NCBI RefSeq assembly: GCF_963676685.1
Contig: NC_092352.1
Location: forward strand, 56,358,001 to 56,422,000
DNA: 64,000 nt
Origin: Mytilus edulis
Lineage: Eukaryota
Direction: 5' to 3'
In this document: in pieces, positions 39,110-51,710 of the stretch
How positions within the stretch are numbered: the stretch's first letter is position 1
How the letters are laid out: each line of letters opens with the position of its first letter
Program-made: the position numbers and the translations under genes
Notes under the pieces: generated by a model
Seen by the model: only the letters and a program-made list of their open reading frames with translations
The model's database searches: none
What the model was told of the DNA's origin: nothing

Positions 39110-40530
39110 GGTCCGTTCTATGTTCCTTTAGAAATTCAACCAAAGATGATGAAACTGGATCTTCCATCACTGTATTAATACCTAAACTACATAAGTGTCC
39201 TTACAAACAACGGCATATTACTGGGTCTAACAAGTGTTCCACGAAACTTCTTTGAAAATTATTAACATCAATTTCATCAGCAATGTAAGCCGGGCTCCAA
39301 AGTTATTGTGGAACTGCCTATTATAAAGGCGATGTGAATCAGATGTGGATACTAAATAATTCCGATTTGAAAGATATTTTAGAGTGCATACAATCTAAGA
39401 CTCTGTAATATTGCAAAAGCATTACAACATTTGGTATTCTACTCTTTACACAGGTATGCCCCATTCCAAAATAAAAGGCAAATTGAAAGAATTGGTTCAT
39501 AAAAAAAGAAAACCCAACGTAGATACAAGTACCTTGTCCTAGGGGGAATAAATCCTACTTTAAATAAGAATCATTCTGATTCAAACTAAAAAAATCTGAA
39601 ACTGACAATATCAAGATGCTTTATTTGTTACGTTTGGAGGACATATTCTTTCAACAAACTATCGGCCTTCTAATGGGAACAAATTGTGTCTCTCTTCTTA
39701 CCGACGTGTTCCTTTATTCTTACGAGGCTCACTTTATACAGGAACGTCTTAAGAAGAAACAAAAGAAGTTAGCAATATCCTTCAACTTTAATTTCCGCTA
39801 CTTTGTATATAAATGATGTTCTCTCACTAAATTTAGTGACTGTTGAACGCATCTATCCCATTAAACTAGAGATCAGGATACAACAGATACAGTTAAATAT
39901 GTCTCAAATCTTGACTAACATCTAACTGACATTGAGGGTCGGTTAAAAACAAAACTTTCCGACAAAAGAGATGGTTTCATCTTCCCAGCTGTGAACCTAT
40001 CATTTTTATGTAGCAACATTCCATCAGCACCTGGCTACGGAGTATATATCTCCTAATCGATACAAAATTTCAGTGCTATGATTTCCTTGATAGAAGGTTG
40101 CTGAAATTGTAAGCCAAGAGTTCCAAATAGTGAAGTTGACAGCATCTCTTCGTAAATTTTACGTACGCCATCACGAGTTGGTTGAACATTACGGTATATC
40201 TGTTTTAGAAATAAATATCGGATATGTTTTTTATGTCGTAACTTCAGTTCCGATCCCTTTCACGAACGTAACCTACCAAATTAGACTATTTAACGGGTTT
40301 GTAATCACATGAGCAACACGATGAGTGCTATATGTGGAGCAGGATCTGCCTTCCATTCCGGAGCACATAAAATCACCTCCAGTTTTTGGTGGGGTTCGTG
40401 TTGTTAAGTTTTTACTTTTCTATGTTGTGCCATTTGTACTATTATTTGTTTGTTTGTCTTTTTCTGTTTTGTCCATGGCATTGTCAGTTTATTTTTGATC
40501 TATGCGTTTGAATTTCCCTCTGGTATCTTT
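39110..40530 (+). mobile_element. Decayed Penelope-like retroelement reverse transcriptase plus 3' end
   Basis: Frameshifted peptides IPKLHKCPYKQR..GSNKCSTK, FQQTIGLLMGTNCVSLL.D.FLYSYEA.FIQ, FNFNFRY, KLTASLRKFY.RHHELV. The ORF ends after the thumb with no C-terminal endonuclease, which suggests a Naiad-like layout (inference). Confidence 0.8.
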
Positions 40531-41573
40531 TTCATCTTTTGGCTAGCGAATGTGAGAAAACCAATGTATATTGAGAGCATAATGTTTTTTGAAATTATCT
40601 GCATCTTTATATATATCAGCAAATTATCAACCAATTACTTGTGACTCTGAAGATCTGCAAATACAAAAAGACTACATTTGAGAATGCCTGCTTGAGATAA
40701 TGCTATACATTTATTTTCCGTGCCTGAGGGAAATATGAAGATTTGTTCAACCGAGAAAAATCATATTTCACGAGGACATCGCACGAAGGAAGCATGACTT
40801 TTCGTGGGTGGACATTTCTTCATATCTCACGAAGCCTAGGAAAATGAATGTGTTTTTCCACTGCATATAAAAAGGTTTACTTCTGAATAAAAAATTTACA
40901 TAATTGTTTTCTATCCGTTCTGTTTTATAACTAAACGCAATATACACAATGACAATCAGTTTCGTTTTAAAGTTAATTATTTATTATTAACTCTTCTTTT
41001 TTTAGATTTGGATAATTTGTAAAACAAACCCTATCAAAATGTTTTATTTAAACAATAACCGCGGGTAACGTGTTCGACGTCAAGTGTGATCGTTTCAAGC
41101 AATCAAATGTTGATTTCGCTATCAAAATCAACATGCAGTGGAATAATACCATTCATTCCTGTACAGACGGACATATATTATTTATATCTGATATCAACCA
41201 TTTATCAGCTAAAATGTATGTATACAAGTTAAATACATTCCACGTTTGTTGGACATAAGTAGTATTTTTATTTGTCCTTAAAAGTAAAAAAGAAGTTTTG
41301 TTTGTTAAAGAAACGTTTCGTATCCCATAAATCATGAACATAATATTCAAATGCAGGTAAATTGAAATTGTATAAACAGTTGCAACCACAAACTGTGTAA
41401 GGGTTGGTAATTTTAGAAATTTATTATTCTTGCATAATTGTAAATAGTTAGGCCTGAGCCAAACATAAAATGAGGTGTGAATAAAGTTAATGTGTGTTTT
41501 AAAAAAATAACTTGCAAACTTTGAGTTTGCTTTTTTACTAAATTTTAGGGAGGGTTTTTTTTCTTGATTAAAC

Positions 41574-44500
41574 TTACTCATTATCTGTCTCACAAATGAA
41601 CTGATAGCTAGTAAGGCAGTTTTCATCTGCCCAGTATCCATGGAAAGGAGCCCACAACGCCACACAATTTGCAGAGGTATGTGCATTTGGTTCTCCCGGT
41701 TGAAAATGATTAACTTTTATCGGTGTTTGGCCGGTTGAGTATATCCATCGGTCTTCATCAATTATATCTGATATGCCAATCCAAAAGTTTCCTCCTGCAA
41801 AGTTGGAAAAATATTTTGATATTTCCAAGAGGGTTTTTAACTTATGACTGCGTTTCGTAAATATAAATATGTTCATATGGATGGATCTGTCGAAGAGTTG
41901 TCACTTGTTTCGATGTACATATAGAATAACCATACATTGTCTCGAAATATCAATGTTATTTGTACAAGCCTTAGAAACAGGTAGAAAGCGAGGCTGTGTC
42001 GAGCATTTCTACCTGTTTCGAGCCGAATACAAATAACATTGGTATTTCGAGACAATGTATGGTTATTCTTTATATACTGCATACTCTTATATCTGTTCTA
42101 AATTAAGTATTTAGGGTAAAACAATCATTTCTTAATTTTGAGCGGAAGATGTAAAATTTCCGCGAACCTGTTTGTTTTATTGACGTCATAAATAAAATTC
42201 TACGGAAACACATTGTCAACGTCATGAACAAGGTGATATATAGTCAGGGACTGTATATCACATATGAATATACAGTCAATGCAATTTGACTGCTCAAATA
42301 GCACAGCTGCAGTACATAAATAATTATTACTGTGACTGCATCTTACGATCCTTTACGCAGATAATTTAGCCAATCTGCAATCAATATCAATTGCATCTAC
42401 ATGCTTGAAATATTATGAACTGTGTTACAACTCTAGATTCTACTGACCAGAAAAGGTAACTTTTTCTCGATATCCCAATAGCTTGAGTTTTTCATTGCAA
42501 TCTTAGGAAATACAAACCCACATGCTGACTGTGACTAATTAAAAAATGAGAATCTTGTGAAGTCATCGGCTCAGCTAGCTTTGAATCAAACACACGACAC
42601 ACGGACTGAAAAAAAACAATTTATAAATATTTTAAAGAATGCATAAATGACTTGCAGCTTACTCCGGGTCTCTTATCAAATAAATTCTTTTAAAAGCATG
42701 CTCATATACCCTGTGCATTCCCCTTATTCTGTGTAGAACTTAGAGAAACACATTAGCATATATTTCTGTATACTTCAAGGTTTGAGTCTTTACTGGTTTG
42801 ATTTCAGACAGTAAGGTTGCCTTTCAAGAAAATGAAAGACCTTTATTCCGGAGGATAAATATGATAATGTTATTCAATTTGTAAGCGATGTGATAATTTT
42901 GAATGTTTGGAGCTAAACAACAAAAGTTATCGTTCTCCCCTTATATTTTACTATATTTGTTTATTTCGGTTCTTCTCTCCTGCTAGATATTGGAATTCTA
43001 TTTGCAACATGTTTTCTTGGAGAAGGCTGTTCGTTGCTATTTCAAGGTTTTATGGTTTTCATTTTTATATGTTGTCAACAGGATGTTCAACAAAGTGACA
43101 GCACATGTTATATTCGGTAAAATTGTTTAAAATGACTGATCGACATGTTGGCAAGTGATTATTTCTTAAGATAATAAGCATGTAACAAACTTCATGCATA
43201 TACTGATCACTTTCCTATATTGAATAGAAAACAACAAATTGGCGGCGAGGGTCTTTACTTTAAACCAAAAAAAAACATTTAGAAATTAGATAAAGTCCGA
43301 CAAGTATAATGTCATTAATGTCGCGCTCTTTCAAAAATGTATTGTTTTAGTATTGTGAAAACTGTCTTTATAAACGTTTAAGTATTAGAATGACGAATCA
43401 GTTTATTTCTTTATGCGAATTTCTGAATAGAATACAAATATCTTCTTATTTTTATTCATTTGTGTTAAACTGTTGGTTAAGCTCTTCTCAATGAAGCGTT
43501 GTCGGATTGATACATTATTCTTAAATCAACAGTAAATAAAACAAAATCACGTAACTCTAAATTTGTCCTATTTAAGTCATTCGTATGATGTGTTTGAGCT
43601 TTTGATCTCGCCATTTGATAAAAAGCATTCCGTTCTGTATTTCATCCTATTTTACCTTTTGGTCGATTTATGTTTGTCAGATAAATTTTTATCATGTTGT
43701 CTGTTTCCATAAAAATGGGTTTAAACTGCCTTTTGCATCTTTCTGCATTTTTCAAACATGGAAAGGAAAGTATTTTTGGCGGATTGTGATGTTTAGGGCA
43801 ACATTAGGAGAAGTCATGTTTGGCAAATACATGTATACCAACAATATACTTGATTGTAGTTAATTATTGAAGTGAACATTAGCACTAAATCAAAATTGTA
43901 TTTGGTTGTAAGAGAATAAAAATTGAGTCACAAATAATACTTATGGCTTGTTTTTACCATTTTCACTTGAATTACTGAAAAAAATATTAATTTCCAAATA
44001 ACCCTGTTAATAACATTTCCATGTTTTTGTGTTACATGTGTATTATTCGCTCTTGTAAAATAAGATAATATCCTTCCTTTACTATTCATCCCGACTTGAC
44101 GGAAATTGCACCGTTTTATTTGACAGGAAGATGACAAAGACGATAATAATTCTAAAGCAATATCAAATAGTCAAATGTTAAGTAGGTGCTGTAATAATGA
44201 AGCTTTGCGTTTAATGTCATCCCACTTTAAAGATATACTTTATCTAAAGTCTTATTAAAAAAGTTTTGGAATTCTAAACAAACAAAGAACTGGGACTCAC
44301 GAAAGTTGGTCAGAACAGTACTTCTACTTACCATTGCCTCCGTCCATGGCTCGACTTGGTGACTGAAGAAGTAACACTTATTTCCATTTTGTGTCCATCC
44401 ATTTTTACAGCCTAAAGAGGAGTTATAATGCAAAAAGGAAAAGTCTTAAATGTTGGTAATTTTTCTCATAACACTTCAATGATCAAAGGAGACTAATCAT

Positions 44501-46412
44501 TAAATTATCACACGACGGGTTCCATATTTGGAACAAGAAATGCTTATCAATCTCAGGCATCTGAAACAATTCCCTATTTTTGTAATGATCAGTCTATAGT
44601 TTTATATGTGGTTTCTTAGACTGTTGTTTAGATGTTGTTGTTGTGTTTTGATGGATTTACTTCCGTCTTTCGTGTTTCTTATGCTTTTGACCAGTATACA
44701 CAACGAGTTACAAATTGTTCAAACAATATTATCTTTCCTCTAAGCAAATGATCTAAATGCTCAGAATAAAAATTGAGAATTGTAATTCTGAATATATTGT
44801 ACAACCAATAGAGTACGTTATACAATATATATTCAAATAATATTATCTTTCCTCTATGCAAATGATCTGATTGCTCAGAATAAAAATTGAGAATTGTAAT
44901 TCTGAATATATTCTACTACCAATAGAGTACGTTTACAATATATATGCTACTGGATTGATGATTTTTGTTCATAAGCTGAGTTTGTTATCAGGCATCTTAA
45001 AACATAAATATGTCATAATATTTCATAACAGCATAAGCCAGTGTTCACACAACAATCAAAGTTACATGCGAAAGGATTTTCATTTTTTTTTTTGTACTGC
45101 TATATTCTTTTGAATAAAATGAACTTAAATTTGAAAAATTGGATTTTTTATAAAACGTATCGTTATTCAATCTTTGTAGTACCTTGATTAAACAGGGCAT
45201 TTTAAATCGTTATTATATTTGTTCTAAACAAACACAAAAAGTAGTTGCTGTACTGCTTTAAAAGTCATTTTTTGGGAAATTTCAATTCTTATTTGTTTTT
45301 TACAGATACGCCCTCACAGCTAATTGATATAGATATAGAAAGATGTGGTGTGAGTGCCAATGAGACAACTATCCATCCAAATAACAATTTAAAAAAGTAA
45401 ACCATTATAGGTCAATGTACGGTCTTCAACACGAAGCCTTGGCTCACACCGAACAACAAGCTATAAAGGGCCCAAAACTACTAGTGTAAAACCATTCAAA
45501 CGGGAAACCAACGGTCTAATCTATATAAAAAAGAAAAAGAAACAGAAAAGATATGTTCATAATCATAAAGTAACTGTTAAATTTTGAAATACTTAGGCTT
45601 TTCTAGATTAGGAATAGATTACCTTAGCTGTATTTGGCAAAACTTTCAGGAATTTTAAGTCCTGAATGCTCTTCAACTTCGTACTTCATTTGGTCTTTCA
45701 CATTTTTGATTCGAGCGTCACTGATGAGTCTTTTGAAGACGAAACGCGCGTATGGCGTAAATATAAAATTTCAATCTTGGTATCTATGACGAGTTTATTA
45801 TCTAAAACATTTATACCAAAAATCTAAAGCTTAAAAATACAATAATGGTTATGTAAATAGACTCATCATAGATACCAGAACCAAATTTAGTATATACGCC
45901 AGACGCGCGTTTCGTCTACAAAAGACTCATCAGTGACGATCGAATCCAAAAAAGTTAAAAGGCCAAATAAAGTATGAACAAGTAATAAATGTGACAAATT
46001 TGCCAATTTCGTTTTAGGTAAATTTCACCTTCCTCATTTGTATCCTCCCCCCCAAAAAAAACAAAAAGAGGGTCTAAAGATACTAACGGAATATTCAAAA
46101 GTATGCTTTATGCGTCTGATACCTTGTCAAATGATTGATTAAATCGGGGTCCTGTTATTCAGTAAGATTCGTTTGTTGCTATATACCATATTTATTTTTC
46201 GATCATTATTTTTATATCAAACCAGGCTACTAGTTTTCTCGTTTGAAGTGTTTTACATTTTTATTTCGAGGACATTTTTAGCTTACTATTCACTATGATT
46301 TTTACTCATATCAATGCCCATTTGCTTAAGCTAAATCACATACTTATAACTTACAACGTATAGACGACACACAACACAGAAACACCACGAAATCAATAAC
46401 ATGTATTCCCAT
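41574..46412 (-). CDS. Perlucin-like C-type lectin, copy C; join(46412-46355,44411-44332,42605-42518,41794-41574), 148 aa
   Basis: Exons 58/80/88/221 nt, GT-AG sites, open frame; starts MGIHVIDFVVFLCCVSSIR; contains EPN and WAD. Confidence 0.88.
41915..42080. repeat. ~165-bp foldback palindrome
   Basis: agaataaccatacattgtctcgaaat ... atttcgagacaatgtatggttattct, with inner arms gaaacaggtagaaa / tttctacctgtttc. Confidence 0.8.
44718..44945. repeat. 114-bp tandem duplication (2 units)
   Basis: ttcaaa(c/t)aatattatctttcctct... begins at 44718 and again at 44832. Confidence 0.85.
45715..45758 (+). ncRNA. Minimal type I hammerhead ribozyme, intact core
   Basis: gcgtca-CUGAUGA-gtc(ttttgaa)gac-GAAA-cgcgcg-UA-tggcgt: stem I gcguca/uggcgu, stem II guc/gac, palindromic stem III ACGCGCGU, GUA cleavage triplet. 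Confidence 0.85.
45896..45939 (-). ncRNA. Minimal type I hammerhead ribozyme, intact core, sense to lectin C pre-mRNA
   Basis: Reverse complement reads tcgtca-CUGAUGA-gtc(ttttgta)gac-GAAA-cgcgcg-UC-tggcgt; GUC cleavage triplet. Confidence 0.85.
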
Positions 46413-48136
46413 TTGTAAGAAAACTGATTCTAGTTAGAAACCTCTAACAGACTACATATTTGTGTTCATATCACCAAGATGTCAAAGGTTATCACTAATC
46501 TTTTGTTATCAAAAACGTGTTTCAATTTCAAAATTTTACATTTCGTCACTTTAAAGTTCAGACATCTTACAAGATCAATGATTTACAAGTGTGTAATGTC
46601 TTTGAGTAGTATTTAGAGCCAATTATCATTCTGTTATCAAGATAACTTGTAAAGGCTGGAGATGTCTACTATCCAATCTGATGCATGTGAGACCCATCTC
46701 AATGAATGATTGCTTTCGTTTTGTTCAATTGTAAGTCTTCTTCATTGTGTTTTGCAGACTTTTATTTGTCATTTGGTCGTTTTTTTGTTTTTTACTATGA
46801 TGGTATTGTCATTGATATTTGTGATTGTAAATCGTAAAAATTATAAAACATGTGGTATTTTAATAAATGATATCTGTTTGAAGAAGTTCACCGTCGAATG
46901 TAACAATTAAAACACTACACGAAGTCATAGAATTCTGTATTGTGTACGTTATTAACGTGTTGTTGACTGATACATGTCCACCAACAACCAAAACTGCTCG
47001 AATAGAGTAACGAAGAGAGACTACCAAAATAAATCAATTATTCGTTTTGACGGTCTCCATCACGACTTCGAAACAATACGTCGATGTCTAACATCACAAG
47101 CGATATGTTTAGGCAGGCTTAGACATTCAAATAAGGAAACGTCGTATGATAAGAAGATTTCGGCAAAATCAATTCACCTAGAGATGCGTAGCGAAGCAAG
47201 GTAATTGGGTAATTGCGACAGTAAAACAAGTTTTACGAAGGTCAAGCTTAAAACACAATACCGTTATTTCCATTCTTATGCATCACATTAAAGAAATATA
47301 GTAAGAATGGCCAATGGAACTGTAAATGCATACTTTGGGGTGATAAACGATAGCAGTCTGAAGTATAAATCTTTAAGGGTGAAGGTCTGTAATATTTTAA
47401 AGTCATTTCAAATATAAGGAAGTTGTCCTCGTGCATATCTACGATTCCTTTTCTACATTTTGATTTACTTCTGCACTTTTTATGTTTTCCTCGAAATGCA
47501 CATCTGCTTCATAAAATTGATACCGATAATGATATAGCATAGCATCTAAACATTTTTGATATAATGGGTTTAGTGTAGGTAAAAGAATTTACAAGTATAA
47601 TTTTGTCTTTGGAGTAATTAGGTATAGTTTTATTGCACAGGCTCGTAGCAAAAACAATTGTTCCTATTAATTGCATCCATAACCTTATTAACCAATTATT
47701 CTATGGTGCAATACACTGTTTTTCAGGGTTTTAAATTCATCTTACCTCCCATACACTTCTAGGAATATGATTGGTTAAAAGCGTCCGCATGGAGACCGTG
47801 TATAATGCATATTAGGTTAGTAGAGAGGCGGGGCTTATTTCATACACGGTAAGTAGTGGTGTTACATCCTTTTGTATTCAATATTAGGTAAGAAGGGAGG
47901 CGGGGCTTATTTCATACACGGTAAGTAGTGGTGTTACGTCCCTTTATAAAAACAAAACGGTACTGAGAAAAATCTTAGAGGTTTCAACAGACGAAGAAAT
48001 TGATGATCAAGATGGAAATAAATTCATAGAACACATTCAAACCTGACAAGATGTTATTGTTTTTGTAGGACCAATGTTAGTAGTTTCTTAATGCTAACAG
48101 CATTGAAGATTTGCTCATGTTGATAGGTCACTAGTC

Positions 48137-48333
48137 TTAATTTCACATGTTAACATAGTCGATAAGATAAATTCGTTACATAGTGTGCTAGTGACGTTAT
48201 ACGGTATATATGGGGTCAGTAAATTCCATATAAATTTCATATGGAATTAATTGACCCCTTATATACCGTAATAGGTCACTAGCACACTATGTAACGAATT
48301 TATCTTATCGACTATATTAACATGTGAAATTAA
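48137..48333. repeat. ~197-bp near-perfect inverted repeat (foldback element)
   Basis: ttaatttcacatgttaa...gtcgataagataaattcgttacatagtgtgctagtgac and its reverse complement; relatives at 4870-4935 and 61945-62115. Confidence 0.85.
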
Positions 48334-48679
48334 AGTATGTAACTAATAATATTGTCTTTATCGGTATATGGGCTTCTTTAAATAAAGAATTATTATTAAC
48401 TAAAAGTAAGATAGGAAATGAAGATATAGAAAATCAATAATAAATGAAGTACAATTATAGTTTTAATAAGAAAAACTACTTTTTCCTATACCAGCAATGT
48501 TCAACCAACAATCTGTGACTGTGTAGACCTATCAAAAGAAAAATAATCTGCATTTAGGTATGGTAATTTATTTGATAATAAGGTGAGTTGCAGACTGCAG
48601 CAGTGATGTCAGTGGGAGCACATTAAATTTGTGTGTTTGATATCAAAATAACAAATCTATATATACTATGCAGTATGGA

Positions 48680-49495
48680 CCTAATATTCTTTATAAAGCA
48701 CAAAAATATCAGTATTCACCTCAGAAGCTAACAAAACCTTTAAATAGACTTATTAAGAAGGGATATAGTTACGATACTGTTGTCAGGTCATTAAAGATTG
48801 CATATTTTGGCGTTAATATTAATTCACTTATAGGGTCTTTGCATCGGAACTAAACACATTTATTATTATTAAACCAGTTGTTGGCATGACACAGGTTATG
48901 TTCTTCTCATATATGTTATGATGGTATGATACTAAACCCCTCACGGGGAGGATTGTGCCTGATATTCATATGATGAAGACATAATTTTTCAATCAGTTTA
49001 ATTGAAGTCCGGAGCTGGCATGTCAGTTAACTGCTAGTAGTCTGATGTTATTTATATGTTATTGTCATTTTGTTTATTTTCTTTGGTTACATCTTCTGAC
49101 ATCAGACTCGGACTTCTCTTGAACTGAATTTTAATGTGCGTATTGTTATGCGTTTACTTTTCTTCATTGGCTAGAGGTATAGGGGGAGGGTTGAGATCTC
49201 ATTAACATGTTTAACACCGCCGCATTTTTGCGCCTGTCCCAAGTCAGGAGCCTCTGGCCTTTGTTAGTCTTGTATTATTTTAACTTTTAGTTTCTTGTGT
49301 ACAATTTGGAGTTTAGAATGGGGTTCATTATCACTGAACCAGTATATATTTGTTTAGGGGTCAGCTGAAGGACGCCTAGCTCCGCGAGAATTTCTCGTTG
49401 CATTGAAGACCTGTTGGTGACCTTCTGTTGTTGTCTGCTCTATGGTCGGGTTGTTGTCTCTTTGGCGCATTCCCCATTTCCATTCTCAATTTTAC
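48680..49495 (+). mobile_element. Second 5'-truncated copy of the same Penelope-like family
   Basis: ORF 48668-48853 (NILYKAQK.QYSPQKLTKPLNRLIKKGYSYDTVVRSLKIAYFG) and its 3' region are collinear with 37700-38472. Confidence 0.78.
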
Positions 49496-51394
49496 CTTGT
49501 TTATTGTTACATCCCATACGGTTACCTATAGTTGTTAATTTTGTGTCATTTGTTCTCGTGTGGAGAGTTGTATCGTTGGAAACTATGCCACATCTTTTTT
49601 CCATAAAGTTTGAAATATTATTTTATGAATAATTTAGTTAGAAAATAGAAAAGTTATGTGCCGCATTATATAAATTTATTTCTTATGTATATTTCAGAAA
49701 AGACAACCTATTTTTTTCTATAACAGTACGGTGTTTAAAAAAAAATAAAATGGTTTTTTTTATTGACATTGCTTATCAATGATATAGAGTTATCAAAATG
49801 TCATCAATAATGTAAAATTGCGTTTCACAAAATTAAGATTAATCTAAAGATGCTTACCAAAAAAGGATCTATCATATCTTGAATTAAAAGAGGACTGGTA
49901 GAATATTCCAAACGACGAAAAGATAACAGTGTACACAATACCGAAAACAAACGACTGAGCAACACAAACTCCACAAAAAAGGGATGGATATCAAGTGCTA
50001 AGTAATAGATCATGCTCCATATATGACACTAGTCGTTTTACTTTGAAAAAAAGTTAGTCTCATATGAATAAAAATACAAGTCTCTAGCATTAGCATTTTA
50101 ACATTTCTCAAGGGGAAAACATTTTGAAACGGGTGGACAAATTTGGATATTCACCTTTCTACGGGTCATTTATTATATATCAATTCGTCTCATACTAAAA
50201 GTAAAATGGAGTCTCAACCTATTTTTCTGTGTGAAAAGAAATACCTCCCCGCTTTTTGTTAAACTTCTTTTTTAAAAGCATTGCAATTAAGAACCTTACT
50301 CAGCATCTGTCTCACAAATAAACGGATAATTGGTAAGACAGTTCAAATCATTCCAATATCCATGGTAAGAACTGTCCAATCCCACACAGTTTTGGGTAGT
50401 ATGTCCATTAGGCTGTCCTGATTGGAAATGATTAACTGTAATCGGTTTCTGTCCGGTTGAGTATATCCATCTGTCTTCAACGATTACGTCTGATATACCA
50501 ATCCAAAAATTTCCTCCTGCAAAGATATATTTTGATATTCTCTGAAAATACATTTAACCAATATCAATTGGTTCCTCCAATATATATGAATCAATAGACC
50601 GGCGCATATATGAGCCTCTTTCCGAAAAAAAACCCAAACATCTTGTTAGAGTAAACCAGTTGACAGGATGGGACATTTTTTTTATAGGAATCGTTGCTCT
50701 TTACAAAGTATAAGTCAAAGAAACGAAACAATGGACTGAAATTACTAGGCTTACACAGCATAGTGTTTTCTTTCATCTATATAGTTGAATTTTCCTTCAT
50801 TAAAAAGTTGGTTTCAATAAGGAAGCTCGCTTTGTAAAGTTTTGGAATTTTGGTCAGATTTTCAGAATAATTCTTTTACATGTATAATGATAAACTGTCT
50901 GTTAAAGTCTTATAAAATTTTAATTATATTTCAATTGTTTTTGAGGACTTAAACTTGTCAATGATAAAGCTAAGAAAAATCAAGAGAGAACATTTTTCCT
51001 CCAAAATTTCAATGGCTAATATCTAGAAAACAAGCAATATATCAATATATGCTAGTGTTTTGAAAAGTTAATTATTTTGAAACTGAGAAGCCAACTTCCC
51101 TTAAAAAGACTGTGATCAATAACAAAATATCTCAATATCTTTCTGTCAGAAATTAAAACACGTAGGGAATGGTACCAGGTGACAAAGTATAAAATATAAT
51201 GTACTAGTATATATTTAAAGAGTATACAGAAAGTTCCTAAAAAATCAAAATACCAGTAGAAAGGATTGTTTGTTTCCTCCCCAACCGTGGCTGAAACCTG
51301 TATTTTTCATTTTAGCTTCTATGACATCACCGCCTAGCAATACGCAGACGCCTTATCCCCTATATATTTACTTTAATATTTTTTGTAAGTTCAT

Positions 51395-51710
51395 ATTTTG
51401 AAGACCCATTGGTGACCTTTGTCTGTTTTATGTACATTTTCCATTTCAATTCTAGAAGCCAGCTGAAGCCCGGCTCCGGGTGCAAGAATTACTCGCTGTG
51501 TTGAAGACCCTTTGTTAACTTTGGCTGTTTTCTTCCCATCCGTCGGGTTATTGTCATTCCCCATTTTCATTCTTGGGGCCAGTTGAAGTCCGCCTCCAGT
51601 TGCAAGATCTTCTTGCTGTGTTGAAGACCAATTGATGGCATTCTGCTGTTGTCTGTCAATTGGTTGGATTGTTAACTCTTTTACACATTCCCCATTTCCA
51701 TTCTCAATTT
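51395..51710 (+). repeat. Three tandem fragments of the Penelope-like 3' end
   Basis: Repeated gaagaccc...ttcccatttccattctc units matching 38340-38470. Confidence 0.7.

Noticed and set aside
39253-39255. In-frame TGA in the Penelope-like RT as selenocysteine (reported for some clam Naiad elements)
   Set aside because: The copy has many frameshifts and other stop codons, so simple decay explains the TGA
41153-41686. 177-aa ORF
   Set aside because: Alternative frame overlapping lectin C exon 4 and its 3' flank; no coding features
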